From NCBI GenBank assembly GCA_965197475.1, contig CBDANF010000002.1, forward strand, positions 1,120,001 to 1,184,000: DNA of 64,000 nucleotides, given 5' to 3'. The position numbers were made by a program, and so were the translations under genes. This document shows positions 40,741 through 51,429 of this stretch, piece by piece (the first letter of the stretch is position 1; each line of letters starts with the position of its first letter). Under the pieces are notes generated by a model, which ran no database searches, was not told where the DNA came from, and saw only the letters and a program-made list of their open reading frames with translations. Source of the DNA: Candidatus Poribacteria bacterium (GTDB taxonomy: Bacteria; Poribacteria; WGA-4E; WGA-3G).

Positions 40741-40775
40741 GAAGTAAAGTTCGTCGGGAACATAGGATTAGGGTC

Positions 40776-41660
40776 TCATTGGGCTTCTCCTTGGTGAGTG
40801 GCTTCATCGTTTGAGTCTGAATTGGCAAGGTTTGCATCTATGGCTTGGAGTTGGGGCTGCGGAATCAGGTCCAGATATTGAGTGATAACGCGTTTAGAAA
40901 GTCGGGTGATCTGTGAGATTTTATCAATATCTGTGGTAGCGGTGCGAACGACTTTGACGCTCTCATAATCGCGAATGTATCTATCAACTGCCTCCTTAGA
41001 GTGTTTGGTCTTTGCGGCAATCCTGGGGGTGAGATGTCCTTGAAGATAGAGGGTTATGATCTCTTTCTTATGGGTAATAGCCCCCGATAAGTCATGGATA
41101 TTGCCACGGGTGGGCAAGAGTTCTCCAGTGGTTTTTTGCCATTCATTAACATAATCACAGACAACGGCATCGCAGACATTGAGCAAAACTGCCAAGTCGA
41201 GTTGTGTCAATAATGCCCCTTGGTCATAAGCTTGATGACACCAGCGGACCAAGCGATTGATCCGCAATTGCCGGGAGGTGAAACCGTTTCTAAAAGATTC
41301 AATATCCTCTGCGGCGAGGTAGGTCAGGATGATGGGTTTCATCCGAGTTTTGACGATGGACTTTCCTCTTTCTGGATGTTCATCAATAGGGACGGCCATC
41401 CAAACGAGTTGTCCATAACTTAGGAAACGCTCATCTGGGAGTTGATCACCGGTGGCGAGTTTTTCCAAGGGGAGGGTAATTACGAAATAGTCTTCAACGG
41501 TCTTGAGAATATCATCAACAATGGCGGTGGCAGTGACTTCGCCTTTGTCATACCCGTAGTCATTGAGAAAGCGATGGATAAGCAACTGTCGTAGGGATTT
41601 ATCGTTGATGCGTCTGAATTTCTTCTCGTTGATTTGCGTGCGTGTTAGAGGTTTGCTCAT
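40776..41660 (-). CDS. DUF1670-like HTH protein B
   Basis: 'RLVRWCHQAYDQGALLTQLDLAVLL...PTRGNIHDLSGAITHK...KTKHSKEAVDRY'. Confidence 0.75.
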   Translation of the reverse strand: MSKPLTRTQINEKKFRRINDKSLRQLLIHRFLNDYGYDKGEVTATAIVDDILKTVEDYFVITLPLEKLATGDQLPDERFLSYGQLVWMAVPIDEHPERGKSIVKTRMKPIILTYLAAEDIESFRNGFTSRQLRINRLVRWCHQAYDQGALLTQLDLAVLLNVCDAVVCDYVNEWQKTTGELLPTRGNIHDLSGAITHKKEIITLYLQGHLTPRIAAKTKHSKEAVDRYIRDYESVKVVRTATTDIDKISQITRLSKRVITQYLDLIPQPQLQAIDANLANSDSNDEATHQGEAQ

Positions 41661-42457
41661 GAGAGATCCTCCTTTTTTGTGTCCTCTGGTTCTGGGTGAA
41701 GGAGTTGGGTCATGCGATCGGTGTGTTGATATTCCTTGAACAGCGAGAGATACTCGCGTATCAACCGGTCAGAGAGATGAGAAATCAGGCGTATCTGAGC
41801 GTTAGGGAACCCTTGATGATGGAGCGTGGCAACTTGTGTGAAGTCCCTCAAGTAGCGGTAGACAGCCCGTTCGGAGTGGTTCGTCTTTTGCTCAATCTCG
41901 GTGAAGGTGTATGCTTTGAAGTACAGCTCGAGAATCTGCGTCTTATGAGACAGTCCCGGGCCCATGTCGTGTTTCGCCCCGCGCGTCATCACGAAATAGC
42001 CGGACTGCTTCAACGCTCGGATGTCGCGTTTGACGGTGGCAGGACTGGTGGTTAATAACACCGCCAAATCCTCATAACTCAGCAAGGCTTCTTGGTCATA
42101 AGCTTCTTGGGTCAATCGGAGGATCCGATGCCGTCTGAGTCCTGCGAGCCCATAAGTCGCTAAAACTTCAAGGTCGGCTTCAACATCGTTGAGTTTGAGT
42201 CGACAGGAGACTTTTTTCGCTAAAGCGATGTGTTTGCCTGCGGGTTCCTCAGCGGCGACTGCCTCGTAGCAGATTTGCCCTGATGTGAGTTGCACATCGG
42301 CATGTTGTTCAAAGTAGGTAGAAATCTGTTTATAGTAGGCTTCAGCAACGAGAGGCATGAGATTAAAGTCTGCTGAAATCTTCTGAATAATCGCGGCTCT
42401 GGCATTCTTGGATTCGAGCCGAGTGATACCGTAAGCGGTATCCTTCTTGCGGTTCAT
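41657..42457 (-). CDS. DUF1670-like HTH protein A
   Basis: 'RILRLTQEAYDQEALLSYEDLAVLL...TRGAKHDMGPGLSHK...KTNHSERAVYRY'; GGAGG RBS before ATG 42457; ATGA overlap with gene B. Confidence 0.75.
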   Translation of the reverse strand: MNRKKDTAYGITRLESKNARAAIIQKISADFNLMPLVAEAYYKQISTYFEQHADVQLTSGQICYEAVAAEEPAGKHIALAKKVSCRLKLNDVEADLEVLATYGLAGLRRHRILRLTQEAYDQEALLSYEDLAVLLTTSPATVKRDIRALKQSGYFVMTRGAKHDMGPGLSHKTQILELYFKAYTFTEIEQKTNHSERAVYRYLRDFTQVATLHHQGFPNAQIRLISHLSDRLIREYLSLFKEYQHTDRMTQLLHPEPEDTKKEDLS

Positions 42458-42705
42458 ATTGACCTCCATGAATAGATTATCGGGGATCCGAGGACATCTA
42501 CTCGTTAGTTTAACGAATACTAATAGTATAACTCATGGGGTCATTTGATACAAACTATAAGTAAAGAAATAAGTTGAGTTGGGTTTCGCTGTGCTCTACC
42601 CCGCCAAATGCCATAGGCGTATTTGGCGTTGATTCCCTACACTTGATTTCTTATTTCGAACTCACGTTTACTATAGTTTGGACAATTTCATCCTATCAGG
42701 ACTTC

Positions 42706-43690
42706 GGACCAGGTGTTAAATATGGTTTGTAAGCACACTTGAGACAGCTGCTGGTGTCTATCAAAAAATCATGGCAACACTTTATGATGTCTATTTCCCA
42801 TGCGTAGAAGCACTGCGTCCGGGGCCAAAAAGTCGTTGTCCTGATAGTGAAATTCTCACATTTGTTTGGGCTTCTTGAACTGACAGGAAGATAACGAACT
42901 CACAGGATACAACCTTATCAAGCACAACTCGGACATCTTTTCCCATATTTACCGGAACGCTCTCGCTTCAATCGAAGTATGCGAAACCTGTGCCACGCAA
43001 GCGAAAACTCCGGAGGATTTTGACACAGTTCTTACCAGATGATAGGGTTTTCATTGTAGATAGTTTTCCTATCCCGGTTTGCGATTTCAAGCGTGCTGCG
43101 ACTTCTACATCGTCTCTAAAATGTGCTGATGGCACCGGCACCTCGGCAACTTATGGAAAGTGTGCCACAAAAAGGCTTGACACTTTCTTAAGGTTTCGTG
43201 GTAGTCTGATAACCACCGTTTACGAACTATCTGTTGATTTGTGGTCGCCACTGCGGATACAGATGATCAAGAAATGCTCAGCTTACTATGTGAACGCGGC
43301 ACTTGTCCTATTATCCTTGGAGATAAAGGATATTTCCGAGTAACTTGAGACTGATTTACTTGAAACAGACAATGTGCGTCTTTTACCGACGCGGTGTCCA
43401 AATCAGAAAACACAATACCCAAAGCCGTTTCGGAAGTTGCACGGTAAAACGGTGGCGGATTGAGACGACTATCAGTCAACTCACAAATCAGTTTAATGTT
43501 TCACAAATACGCGCCCGCGCTCATTGAAGTTTTCAAACACGGTTGAGCAATAAGTTGATGGTTGGACATTAGGTGTTTTTTGAATCAATATTTAGGATGC
43601 CCGTTAATGGCACTCAAAGATGTCGTTTATACATAAACAATTTCAAAAAAGATAGAAACATATTACAAAAAGTTAACTAACACAAGGCGT
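42706..43690 (+). pseudogene. IS982-family transposase relic with multiple frameshifts
   Basis: Fragments 'PDSEILT', 'ERSRFNR', 'IVDSFPIPVC', 'GDKGYIS', 'RWRIETTISQL'; degenerate TIRs, boundaries approximate. Confidence 0.75.
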
Positions 43691-43709
43691 TATTTCTCAG
43701 GAGGTATTC

Positions 43710-45452
43710 ATGAATAATCCAAAATCTGGCTCAAAAAACCCTAAAAGCAAAACAAACACAAAAGAAAACGGCAATAACATATCTGATACAAACTTTATCC
43801 GACAAGCAATTGAAGAAGATATAGCATCAAATAGATTTGATGGGAGGGTGCATACCCGATTTCCTCCCGAACCGAGTGGATACCTCCATATCGGTCACGC
43901 CAAAGCCATCTGTATTAGTTTCGGCATCGCCGAAGACTATGGCGGACTTTACAACCTCCGATTCGACGACAGTAATCCGATCACAGAAGAGAGTGAATAC
44001 GTAGAAGCGATTAAACGGGATGTCCGTTGGCTCGGATTTAATTGGGAGGAACGCGAATTCCATGCCTCTGACTATTTCGAAACACTTTATGAATATGCTG
44101 TCAAACTGATAGAGAAAGGGAAAGCTTACGTCTGTGATCTGACACCAGAGGAAACGCGCACTTATCGTGGCACTTTAGTGACAGCCGGCAAAGATAGTCC
44201 CTACCGAAACCGTTCTATTGAAGAAAATCTAACGTTGTTCCGTGGGATGTGCGATGGTAAATTTTCCGACGGTTCTCGTACTCTCCGCGCCAAAATTGAT
44301 ATGACAAGTCCGAATTTAAATATGCGCGACCCTGTGATGTATCGTGTTCTCCACACCCCACACTATCGACATGGGACCAATTGGTGCATCTATCCTACCT
44401 ACGATTTCACACATGGACAATCCGATTCGATCGAAGGCGTTACACATTCCTTATGTGACGTTCAGTTTGAAGATCATCGTCCGTTATATGACTGGTTTTT
44501 GGAATCGTTGGAAATTTACTCACCTCGACAGATTGAATTTGCTCGACTGAACCTTACCTACACTATACTTGGTAAGCGGAAACTCAAAATCCTCGTTGAA
44601 CAAGGACACGTCAAAGGGTGGGACGATCCGAGACTACCCACACTTGCGGGTATGCGTCGTCGCGGTTATACCCCTGAATCTATTCGAGATTTTTGCAACC
44701 GCATTGGTGTGTCGAAAGCCAATAATCTCATTGAGATCGGACAACTTGAATACTCTATCCGCGATGATCTGAATCGTCGTGCGCCTCGTGTGATGGCTGT
44801 GCTGAATCCGGTCAAAGTTACTATTGATAACTATCCAGAAGGACAAGTTGAGATGCTTGATGCTGACAATAACCCGGAAGATGAAAACGCAGGGGCAAGG
44901 ACAATCCCTTTCTCACGAGAAATCTACATTGAACGTGAAGATTTTATGGAAGATCCGCCACGAAAATTTTATAGACTTGCCCCCGGACGAGAGGTTCGGC
45001 TTAAACATGCATACTATATCACCTGCGACCACGTTGTTAAAGATGAAAACACTGGTGAAATCGTTGATATCCACTGCACTTATGATCCAAAAACTCGTGG
45101 TGGTTGGTCTGATGACGGACGGAGGGTACAAGGCACACTGCACTGGGTTTCTGCTGAACATGCTGTTGATGCTGAGGTGCGCCTATACGGTTCGCTCTTT
45201 ACAGAGCGCGAACCGGAAAACGTAGCGGATGGCACCGATTGGATACAATTCCTCAATCCGAATTCTTTAGAGATTCTAAATAATTGCAAGGTTGAACCGA
45301 GTCTTGTTGAGGCAATGCCTGAAAGTCGATATCAGTTCCTACGGATGGGATATTTTTGCGTTGATCCAGACACAACACCAGAAAAATCGGTATTCAATCG
45401 TACAGTACCGCTGCGGGATAGCTGGGCAAAAATTCAGAAAGGACAGAAATGA
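43710..45452 (+). CDS. glnS: Glutamine--tRNA ligase
   Basis: '[18 protein letters not shown]', '[10 protein letters not shown]', 'YQFLRMGYF'. Confidence 0.97.
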   Translation: MNNPKSGSKNPKSKTNTKENGNNISDTNFIRQAIEEDIASNRFDGRVHTRFPPEPSGYLHIGHAKAICISFGIAEDYGGLYNLRFDDSNPITEESEYVEAIKRDVRWLGFNWEEREFHASDYFETLYEYAVKLIEKGKAYVCDLTPEETRTYRGTLVTAGKDSPYRNRSIEENLTLFRGMCDGKFSDGSRTLRAKIDMTSPNLNMRDPVMYRVLHTPHYRHGTNWCIYPTYDFTHGQSDSIEGVTHSLCDVQFEDHRPLYDWFLESLEIYSPRQIEFARLNLTYTILGKRKLKILVEQGHVKGWDDPRLPTLAGMRRRGYTPESIRDFCNRIGVSKANNLIEIGQLEYSIRDDLNRRAPRVMAVLNPVKVTIDNYPEGQVEMLDADNNPEDENAGARTIPFSREIYIEREDFMEDPPRKFYRLAPGREVRLKHAYYITCDHVVKDENTGEIVDIHCTYDPKTRGGWSDDGRRVQGTLHWVSAEHAVDAEVRLYGSLFTEREPENVADGTDWIQFLNPNSLEILNNCKVEPSLVEAMPESRYQFLRMGYFCVDPDTTPEKSVFNRTVPLRDSWAKIQKGQK

Positions 45453-46936
45453 ACAAAATACCTATTCCAAATGATCAAGTCAGGGTTCGTATGGCACCCT
45501 CTCCAACCGGTTTCTTACATATCGGTGGTGCGAGGACAGCACTATTCAATTGGGTGTTCGCCAAACACCACAACGGCAAATTCATCTTACGGATTGATGA
45601 TACAGATAAGGCGCGTTCCACAGACGAATCTATGCATGAAATCTATACGGCAATGAAGTGGTTAGGTCTTGAGTGGGACGAAGGCGGTGATAAAGGTGGA
45701 ACCTACGGACCTTACGTGCAATCCGAACGGAAAGCCATCTACGAAAAATACGTTACGCAGCTGCTTGAAAACAGCAATGCATACCACTGCTATTGTACCC
45801 CCGAAGAATTAGAAGACATCCGCACAGAAGCGCGCACCGCGAAATCTACACGATCCTACGACGGACGGTGCAAACACCTTACATCAGAAAACATTGAACG
45901 TTATATGGCAGAAGGCAGAAAACCGACCGTCCGTATAAAAATGCCTGACGCACCAATCCGTGTTGACGACCTTATTCTCGGTTCACGCGACATTGATCCC
46001 GCCACCTTAGAGGATGAAGTGATTGTCCGTTCAAACGGCATGCCGAATTACAATCTCACCTCTATTATAGACGATGTAGAAATGCAAATTACGCATGTAA
46101 TCAGAGGAACAGAACACCTCAACAACACACCGAAACAGATTGCAATTGCGAATGCACTCGGTTTGAATCTGCCACAATTCGCACATATTCCGCTGGTGCT
46201 TGATGATACCGGTAGAAAACTGAGTAAACGTCATCACGGTGACCTTGTCGCTGTCAACCGATACCGTGAGCAAGGGTATCTACCCGAAGCGATGCTGAAC
46301 TTCGTTGCAAGACTCGGTTGGTCTTACGACGATAAACAGGAAATCTTCTCTGTTGATGAACTTATAGATAAATTTGACCTCGCACGGGTTGGCAAAAGCG
46401 GTAGTGTGTTTGATATTAAGAAGTTGGAGTGGCTCAACTCCCACTATATTAACCAACTTGATGTGGCAGCACGGACAGACGCGGTGATACCTTTCTGGGA
46501 ACAAGAAGGTTTAGTGGATTCCACGTCAAAGCGAGACTGGCTTGAGAAGATTGTGGAAGCCGTGGGTGAACGTCTTACAACGTTTCAAGACATCGTTCCA
46601 CAAACTCGTTATTTCTTTACCGATGATTTTGAGTATGAGTCGAAAGCGGTCAAGAAATGGTGGGAAGGTTCAGACGAAAAGAAGCAAAAAACTTGTGAGA
46701 TTCTGACAAATCTCGGACAGATTTTGGAAGAAGTTTCTGCGTTTGATCTCGAAACGGTAGAAACTGCTATTTGGAAATACACAGATGAAAACGACATCAA
46801 ACGCGTCGCTGCAATGCAGGCAATGCGGATTGCGCTGACGGAAACATCGTTCGGTCCAAGCCTTTTTGATATTGTTATCCTGCTCGGCAAAGACGAGGTT
46901 TTGAAGCGAATTCAAAAGGCGATAACGTATTTATAG
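45449..46936 (+). CDS. gltX: Glutamate--tRNA ligase
   Basis: '[14 protein letters not shown]', 'KLSKRH'. Confidence 0.97.
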   Translation: MNKIPIPNDQVRVRMAPSPTGFLHIGGARTALFNWVFAKHHNGKFILRIDDTDKARSTDESMHEIYTAMKWLGLEWDEGGDKGGTYGPYVQSERKAIYEKYVTQLLENSNAYHCYCTPEELEDIRTEARTAKSTRSYDGRCKHLTSENIERYMAEGRKPTVRIKMPDAPIRVDDLILGSRDIDPATLEDEVIVRSNGMPNYNLTSIIDDVEMQITHVIRGTEHLNNTPKQIAIANALGLNLPQFAHIPLVLDDTGRKLSKRHHGDLVAVNRYREQGYLPEAMLNFVARLGWSYDDKQEIFSVDELIDKFDLARVGKSGSVFDIKKLEWLNSHYINQLDVAARTDAVIPFWEQEGLVDSTSKRDWLEKIVEAVGERLTTFQDIVPQTRYFFTDDFEYESKAVKKWWEGSDEKKQKTCEILTNLGQILEEVSAFDLETVETAIWKYTDENDIKRVAAMQAMRIALTETSFGPSLFDIVILLGKDEVLKRIQKAITYL

Positions 46937-47841
46937 TAGATCCTGAAAATAAGTTTACATTTTCTGTGATTTATGTTAGCCTTTATGATTATGGCATATT
47001 CAACAGATGGACGCAAACGCGTGCTTGATTTCATCAATAATGGTGGCAGTAAAGCCGCCGCAGAACGCACTTTTCGTGTCTCAAGAAGAACGATCTATAA
47101 CTGGTTGGAAGCAGAAGACCCCTTCGCCTGTGAAAAACCGGGACCCAAAGGTCCCCGAGATATTGATTATGACGCACTTCAGCAACATGTTGCCGATTTC
47201 CCAGATTCCACACTCGCCGAACGTGCCAAACACTTCGGTGTTTCAACAAACGGCATCTTTTATGCCTTCTCAAAACTCAATATTACGCGAAAAAAAAGAC
47301 AACGACCTACAAAGAACAGTGTCCGATAAAACGCCAAGAGTATCTTTCGGCACTTCAACAAGAGACACAGGAGCATGGCAAAAAACCGGTTTATCTTGAC
47401 GAAAGTGGTTTCACTGAAACCACTTTCCGTCGGTATGCTTATGCCCCGAAAGGTGTCCGTGTTGAAGATAAAGTGCCAAGCCATCGGTATACCACCACGA
47501 CGCTGATTGCGGCACGGCTTGATGGATGTTTCACAGCACCTGTGCTTTTCAAGGGCAGTTGCGATGTGATCGCCTTCAACAGTTGGCTTTCGGAAATGTT
47601 GTGTCCATTGCTTGACGATAGCCATGTTGTGATTATGGATAATGCGTCTTTCCACAAAGGTTCACAGACGGCAGCATTGATCCGGGATTGCGGTGCAAGT
47701 TTGTTGTTTTTACCGCCGTATTCACCGGAGTTGAATCCGATTGAGAAGGATTTCGCCAACATCAAGCGGATACGTCAATACAATGCTCAGACTTCTATTG
47801 ATGATATTATAAAAGTGTATAAGTAATTACGGGATTTACTA
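46934..47841 (+). mobile_element. IS630-family insertion sequence
   Basis: Imperfect TIR TAGTAGATCC / GGATTTACTA flanked by TA duplications. Confidence 0.9.
46991..47826 (+). CDS. IS630 transposase, orfA/orfB joined by a -1 frameshift
   Basis: HTH orfA 'MAYSTDGR'; A8G slippery run at 47290-47298; -1 frame reads 'YLDESGF...MDNASFH...LPPYSPELNPIE'. Confidence 0.9.
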
Positions 47842-48145
47842 TAACACAAGGCTCATCTTTTTTAGGTAAATACATGAAAAACAATCCTCCTATGCCATTT
47901 TTTGTTCCTTTAGAGAAAAAGTAAGTGAGCGGATTTTAGCAGCGTGCATGGTGCCCGCGGATTATTATAATAGAAAAAAAGCGAAGTTTTGTCAACATTT
48001 TTAGACGAAAGTAGGTGAGGCCTTTATACACCTCACGCCTACAATGAATTTCAGAAACAATTTGACAAAAATCGACTTTTTTTCTACACTCTTAACAACA
48101 TAACTTGTTTGTTGCTACCAAAACATACATAAAAAAGGAATTCCG

Positions 48146-48342
48146 ATGGAAAACCACCTGATTGTTATAGCACTCTTGCTCATTTCACGCGCGCACCCCA
48201 CTTGCATCGCCCAAGACAACAGAAAATTAAACTTATCCGGAGGTGCGACCACCACCTTGGTAAAGGCGGCATAACAGGTGACATTGCATACTCGCCAGAC
48301 GGCACGTGTCTTGCGGTCACTAATGCCAGTGGAATGTCCTAA
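48146..48342 (+). pseudogene. 5' remnant of a secreted WD40-repeat protein gene
   Basis: Frameshifted 'LGKGGITGDIAYSPDGTCLAV' after a signal-like start with RBS AAGGA. Confidence 0.55.
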
Positions 48343-48549
48343 CCCTTATCAAGATGAAGAGGAATACTCCAGCCGCAGGTGGTGGATTGAAAATCTATCG
48401 CCCGTTTTTTTACAAAAAAAGCCAATTATATGATATGCTATTTATTTACTTTTGATCGATACATTTTTCTAACTCGGTTACCAAAACGGAGGGTTCACCC
48501 TTAAATCGCTCCTGAACCTTCCTTAGTCGCTTACATCACAGGAATTAAC

Positions 48550-49341
48550 ATGCATCCACTTATTGACTTAAAAGTGCCAGAAGGTTCTATTGCTGTTCAC
48601 TGGTTTGAACAGAGTAGTTTTGCCTTGAAAGATTCAAATGGCACGATTATCCAAATTGACCCTTATTTTCCGCGGAACCGTCCCTCGGATCGCTTTATTC
48701 ACACCGAACCTCCCTTAGATGAGTCGGAACTTCCGCCCGATTTTGTGCTATTGACACACGCACACGGCGATCATACATGCCCCGAATCTATAAACCGAAT
48801 TTGGGAGACCAGTACTGCAACGCGATTTATCGGACCGGAAGAGAGCGTTCGCCAAATTTCGCCAGATACAGATGTTGCGTCAAATAAGGTTTCAGAGATT
48901 TGCGCGGGAGAATCAGCGGAACTAAACAATCTCACTGTGCATGCTGTCTATGCAAAACCGCCCACGGGTGATCCTTCTGCCAACATTGGACCGCCTGATG
49001 TTACGCACCTGGGCTATGTTATCGTAGGTGACGGTGTAACGCTATACTTCAGTGGCGATCCGATCAATAACTTTGCTGAACATGACGATCTGATTTTAGC
49101 GGTGGCAGCGTATAAACCGGATATCGGTTTTCTGACAAATCATCCGACCGAGGGTGAGTTTCCGTTTTACGATGGATGCGTTAAAATGGCAACGCGTATT
49201 GGTCTAAAGCATGCAGTGCCGGTGCATCGTGCATGTTTCGTCACCCGTGATTATGATCCGCAGGAATGGGCATCGAATTTTCCAGCGGGTGGTCCGGAAC
49301 CGCTTGTCATTGAGAGAAACACGCATATAATTTATTCATAA
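48550..49341 (+). CDS. MBL-fold metallo-hydrolase (UlaG-like)
   Basis: 'IDPYF', 'THAHGDH', 'YFSGD', 'VPVH'. Confidence 0.88.
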   Translation: MHPLIDLKVPEGSIAVHWFEQSSFALKDSNGTIIQIDPYFPRNRPSDRFIHTEPPLDESELPPDFVLLTHAHGDHTCPESINRIWETSTATRFIGPEESVRQISPDTDVASNKVSEICAGESAELNNLTVHAVYAKPPTGDPSANIGPPDVTHLGYVIVGDGVTLYFSGDPINNFAEHDDLILAVAAYKPDIGFLTNHPTEGEFPFYDGCVKMATRIGLKHAVPVHRACFVTRDYDPQEWASNFPAGGPEPLVIERNTHIIYS

Positions 49342-49449
49342 TGAAAATAGCTTTGGGTATTAAGTTGGGTTTCGCTTTCAGCTCAACCCCGTCGAATGCC
49401 ATAAGCGCATTCGACGTTGATTCACTACATTTTGAGGTACAGATAAGAT

Positions 49450-49977
49450 ATGTCTCTTCAAGAACAAAAAACACCCCTTGTCGGTATTGTGATGGGGAGT
49501 GATTCCGATTTAGAAAAGATGGCTGAAGCCGCGAAGGTTTTAGAGGATTTTGAAGTGCCGTTTGAGATAACGATCTCTTCGGCGCACCGTTCACCTGAAC
49601 GGACGCTTGCGTGGACGGAAAAGATTAAAGCAGAAGGCGGTAAGGTCATTATCGCGGGCGCGGGACGCGCAGCGCATCTTGCAGGTGTTATTGCTGCACA
49701 TACGACGCTTCCCGTTATCGGGGTGCCGATAGATGGTGGACCCCTCAACGGCGTTGATGCGCTGTATGCGACAGTGCAGATGCCTCCCGGTATTCCTGTT
49801 GGAACGATGGCGATTGGGTCGGGTGGCGCAAGAAATGCGGGAATATTCGCAGTGCAGATTTTGGCACTTCAATATCCCGAATTGGAAGCGAAGCTGCAAG
49901 CCTATAAAACAAAAATGAGTGATGGGGTTGCGGAGAAAGCGGCGCGTCTTCAAGAAGTTGGTTATCAGAATTATTAG
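49450..49977 (+). CDS. purE: N5-carboxyaminoimidazole ribonucleotide mutase
   Basis: 'MGSDSD', 'SAHRSPE', 'AGAGRAAHL', 'VQMPPGIPV'. Confidence 0.97.
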   Translation: MSLQEQKTPLVGIVMGSDSDLEKMAEAAKVLEDFEVPFEITISSAHRSPERTLAWTEKIKAEGGKVIIAGAGRAAHLAGVIAAHTTLPVIGVPIDGGPLNGVDALYATVQMPPGIPVGTMAIGSGGARNAGIFAVQILALQYPELEAKLQAYKTKMSDGVAEKAARLQEVGYQNY

Positions 49978-49996
49978 GTTTGGTAAGCATAAGAAA

Positions 49997-50247
49997 AACC
50001 ATTGGCGTAATTTAGCGGTCCTCCGACCCCGGTAGGTTCGGTTTCCTAACCGAACCGGTCTTATCCGAGTTGGCAGCCAGCAATCGCCAAGACTTCTTTA
50101 TAGGAGTGCTTTGTAAGCGCGATATTTCGGTGCTGAAAACATCTCCTACAAGATCATAAGTTCGTTATTGGACAATACGGAGCGGTTAGAAACCGCTCCT
50201 ACCGGCCCTAAGTTTGCAGTAATTTTCTTAAATTAACACCTATGGGC
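49997..50247. mobile_element. MITE family B, divergent copy filled with REP hairpins
   Basis: AACCATTGGCGTAATTTAG...CTTAAATTAACACCTATGGGC; 12-bp flanking duplication AAGCATA(A/G)GAAA. Confidence 0.65.
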
Positions 50248-50264
50248 AAGCATAGGAAACCTTT

Positions 50265-50948
50265 ATGGAAACTGAAGAAAGTAGACAGTGGGAAAACGAT
50301 ACAGAACTCTTTGATATGATGGAAGAGCAGTTATATGCGGCTGTGATTTCGGATGCGTTGGACGCAGCCGGGTTCCGTGGGCAGGCACTTCAACACACTA
50401 TCCGTCCGTTACTTCCTGAAACGGTTGTTGTCGGCCGCGCGATGCCTGTGCTGTGTATGGACGTTTATGAGATTCCTGATGAACCGTATCAACAGGAAAT
50501 TGCAGCGGTGGATAGTCTAAAACAGGACGATGTGCTTGTCTGCTCAACTAATGGGAGTACTCGTATCTGCTTTTGGGGGGAACTTCTCTCAACGGCGGCA
50601 CGAGTGCGGGGTGCGCGTGGTGCTGTTATTGATGGGTTCATCCGGGACGTTCGTAAGATCATGGAGATGCGGTTTCCTATATTTACAACTGGAATATCGC
50701 CTATAGACTCTAACGGACGTGGAGAGGTGGTTGCGTATAACGTCACGATTGAATGTGGCGGTGTCACGGTGAATCCTGGGGATATCGTGTTCGGTGATGC
50801 GGATGGCGTGGTTATTATTCCACAGGCGATAGAAATGAAAATAATTACGGCTGCGTTGCAAAAGGTGAAAAGTGAAAACAGCACCCGTGATGCGCTCCGA
50901 GAAGGTGCAACGCTCCGGGAAGTTTACGACAAATATGGGATTCTGTAA
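50265..50948 (+). CDS. RraA family / HMG-CHA aldolase-like protein
   Basis: 'ISDALD', 'WGELLS', 'VIDGFIRD', 'PGDIVFGDADGVVIIP'. Confidence 0.9.
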   Translation: METEESRQWENDTELFDMMEEQLYAAVISDALDAAGFRGQALQHTIRPLLPETVVVGRAMPVLCMDVYEIPDEPYQQEIAAVDSLKQDDVLVCSTNGSTRICFWGELLSTAARVRGARGAVIDGFIRDVRKIMEMRFPIFTTGISPIDSNGRGEVVAYNVTIECGGVTVNPGDIVFGDADGVVIIPQAIEMKIITAALQKVKSENSTRDALREGATLREVYDKYGIL

Positions 50949-51299
50949 CGACACATCAAATGTGCCAAATTAACGCTAAATGCCAGACGCGCATTTGGCG
51001 TTAATTTGTTTAGAGAATCAACATTGCAATTTCCCCAAATAAAACGTGATTTTGAATAGTCGTACTTATTTACACACTTCCCCAATTTTAAACAGAATCG
51101 CAGGAGTTTGGTATCCTTATTGCTAATTTTAACGTTATAAGTGCAAAGGGTTTATTGGCTATTTGTGCTAAAATCAGACGAAAGATTCAAATTTTTTACC
51201 CGAAAAAATTTGAGGGAAGTTGTTATTTACATAATCTATACCTCCGAATTCTTGCCTATAAATTAGGTATCATTTTGATTTAAATTTCGCTAATTTAAC

Positions 51300-51329
51300 T
51301 TGCTATTTAAACCAGAAAAATGATATAAT
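51300..51329 (+). promoter_or_regulatory. Sigma70-like dnaA promoter
   Basis: TTGCTA-18 nt-TATAAT with extended TG. Confidence 0.55.
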
Positions 51330-51429
51330 TTACGTTCGCGTCATTCATATTTTTTTGTAGGAATTTCATAAATATTTTAATAACATGGTTCGGATACTTA
51401 GCAACCTTTAATAGGTTAGGAACATTCTC

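Larger units (their letters stand above)
40548..42551 (-). mobile_element. Putative novel TIR-bounded element encoding two DUF1670-like proteins
   Basis: Perfect 13-bp TIR GTATCAAATGACC (40548-40560) / GGTCATTTGATAC (42539-42551); oriented opposite to all host genes; no TSD. Confidence 0.7.

Noticed and set aside
40551-40763. 70-aa minus-strand ORF as a third gene of the DUF1670 element
   Set aside because: No clear RBS or motif, and its stop lies in the TIR; the hairpin content favours a non-coding role, though a peptide cannot be excluded.
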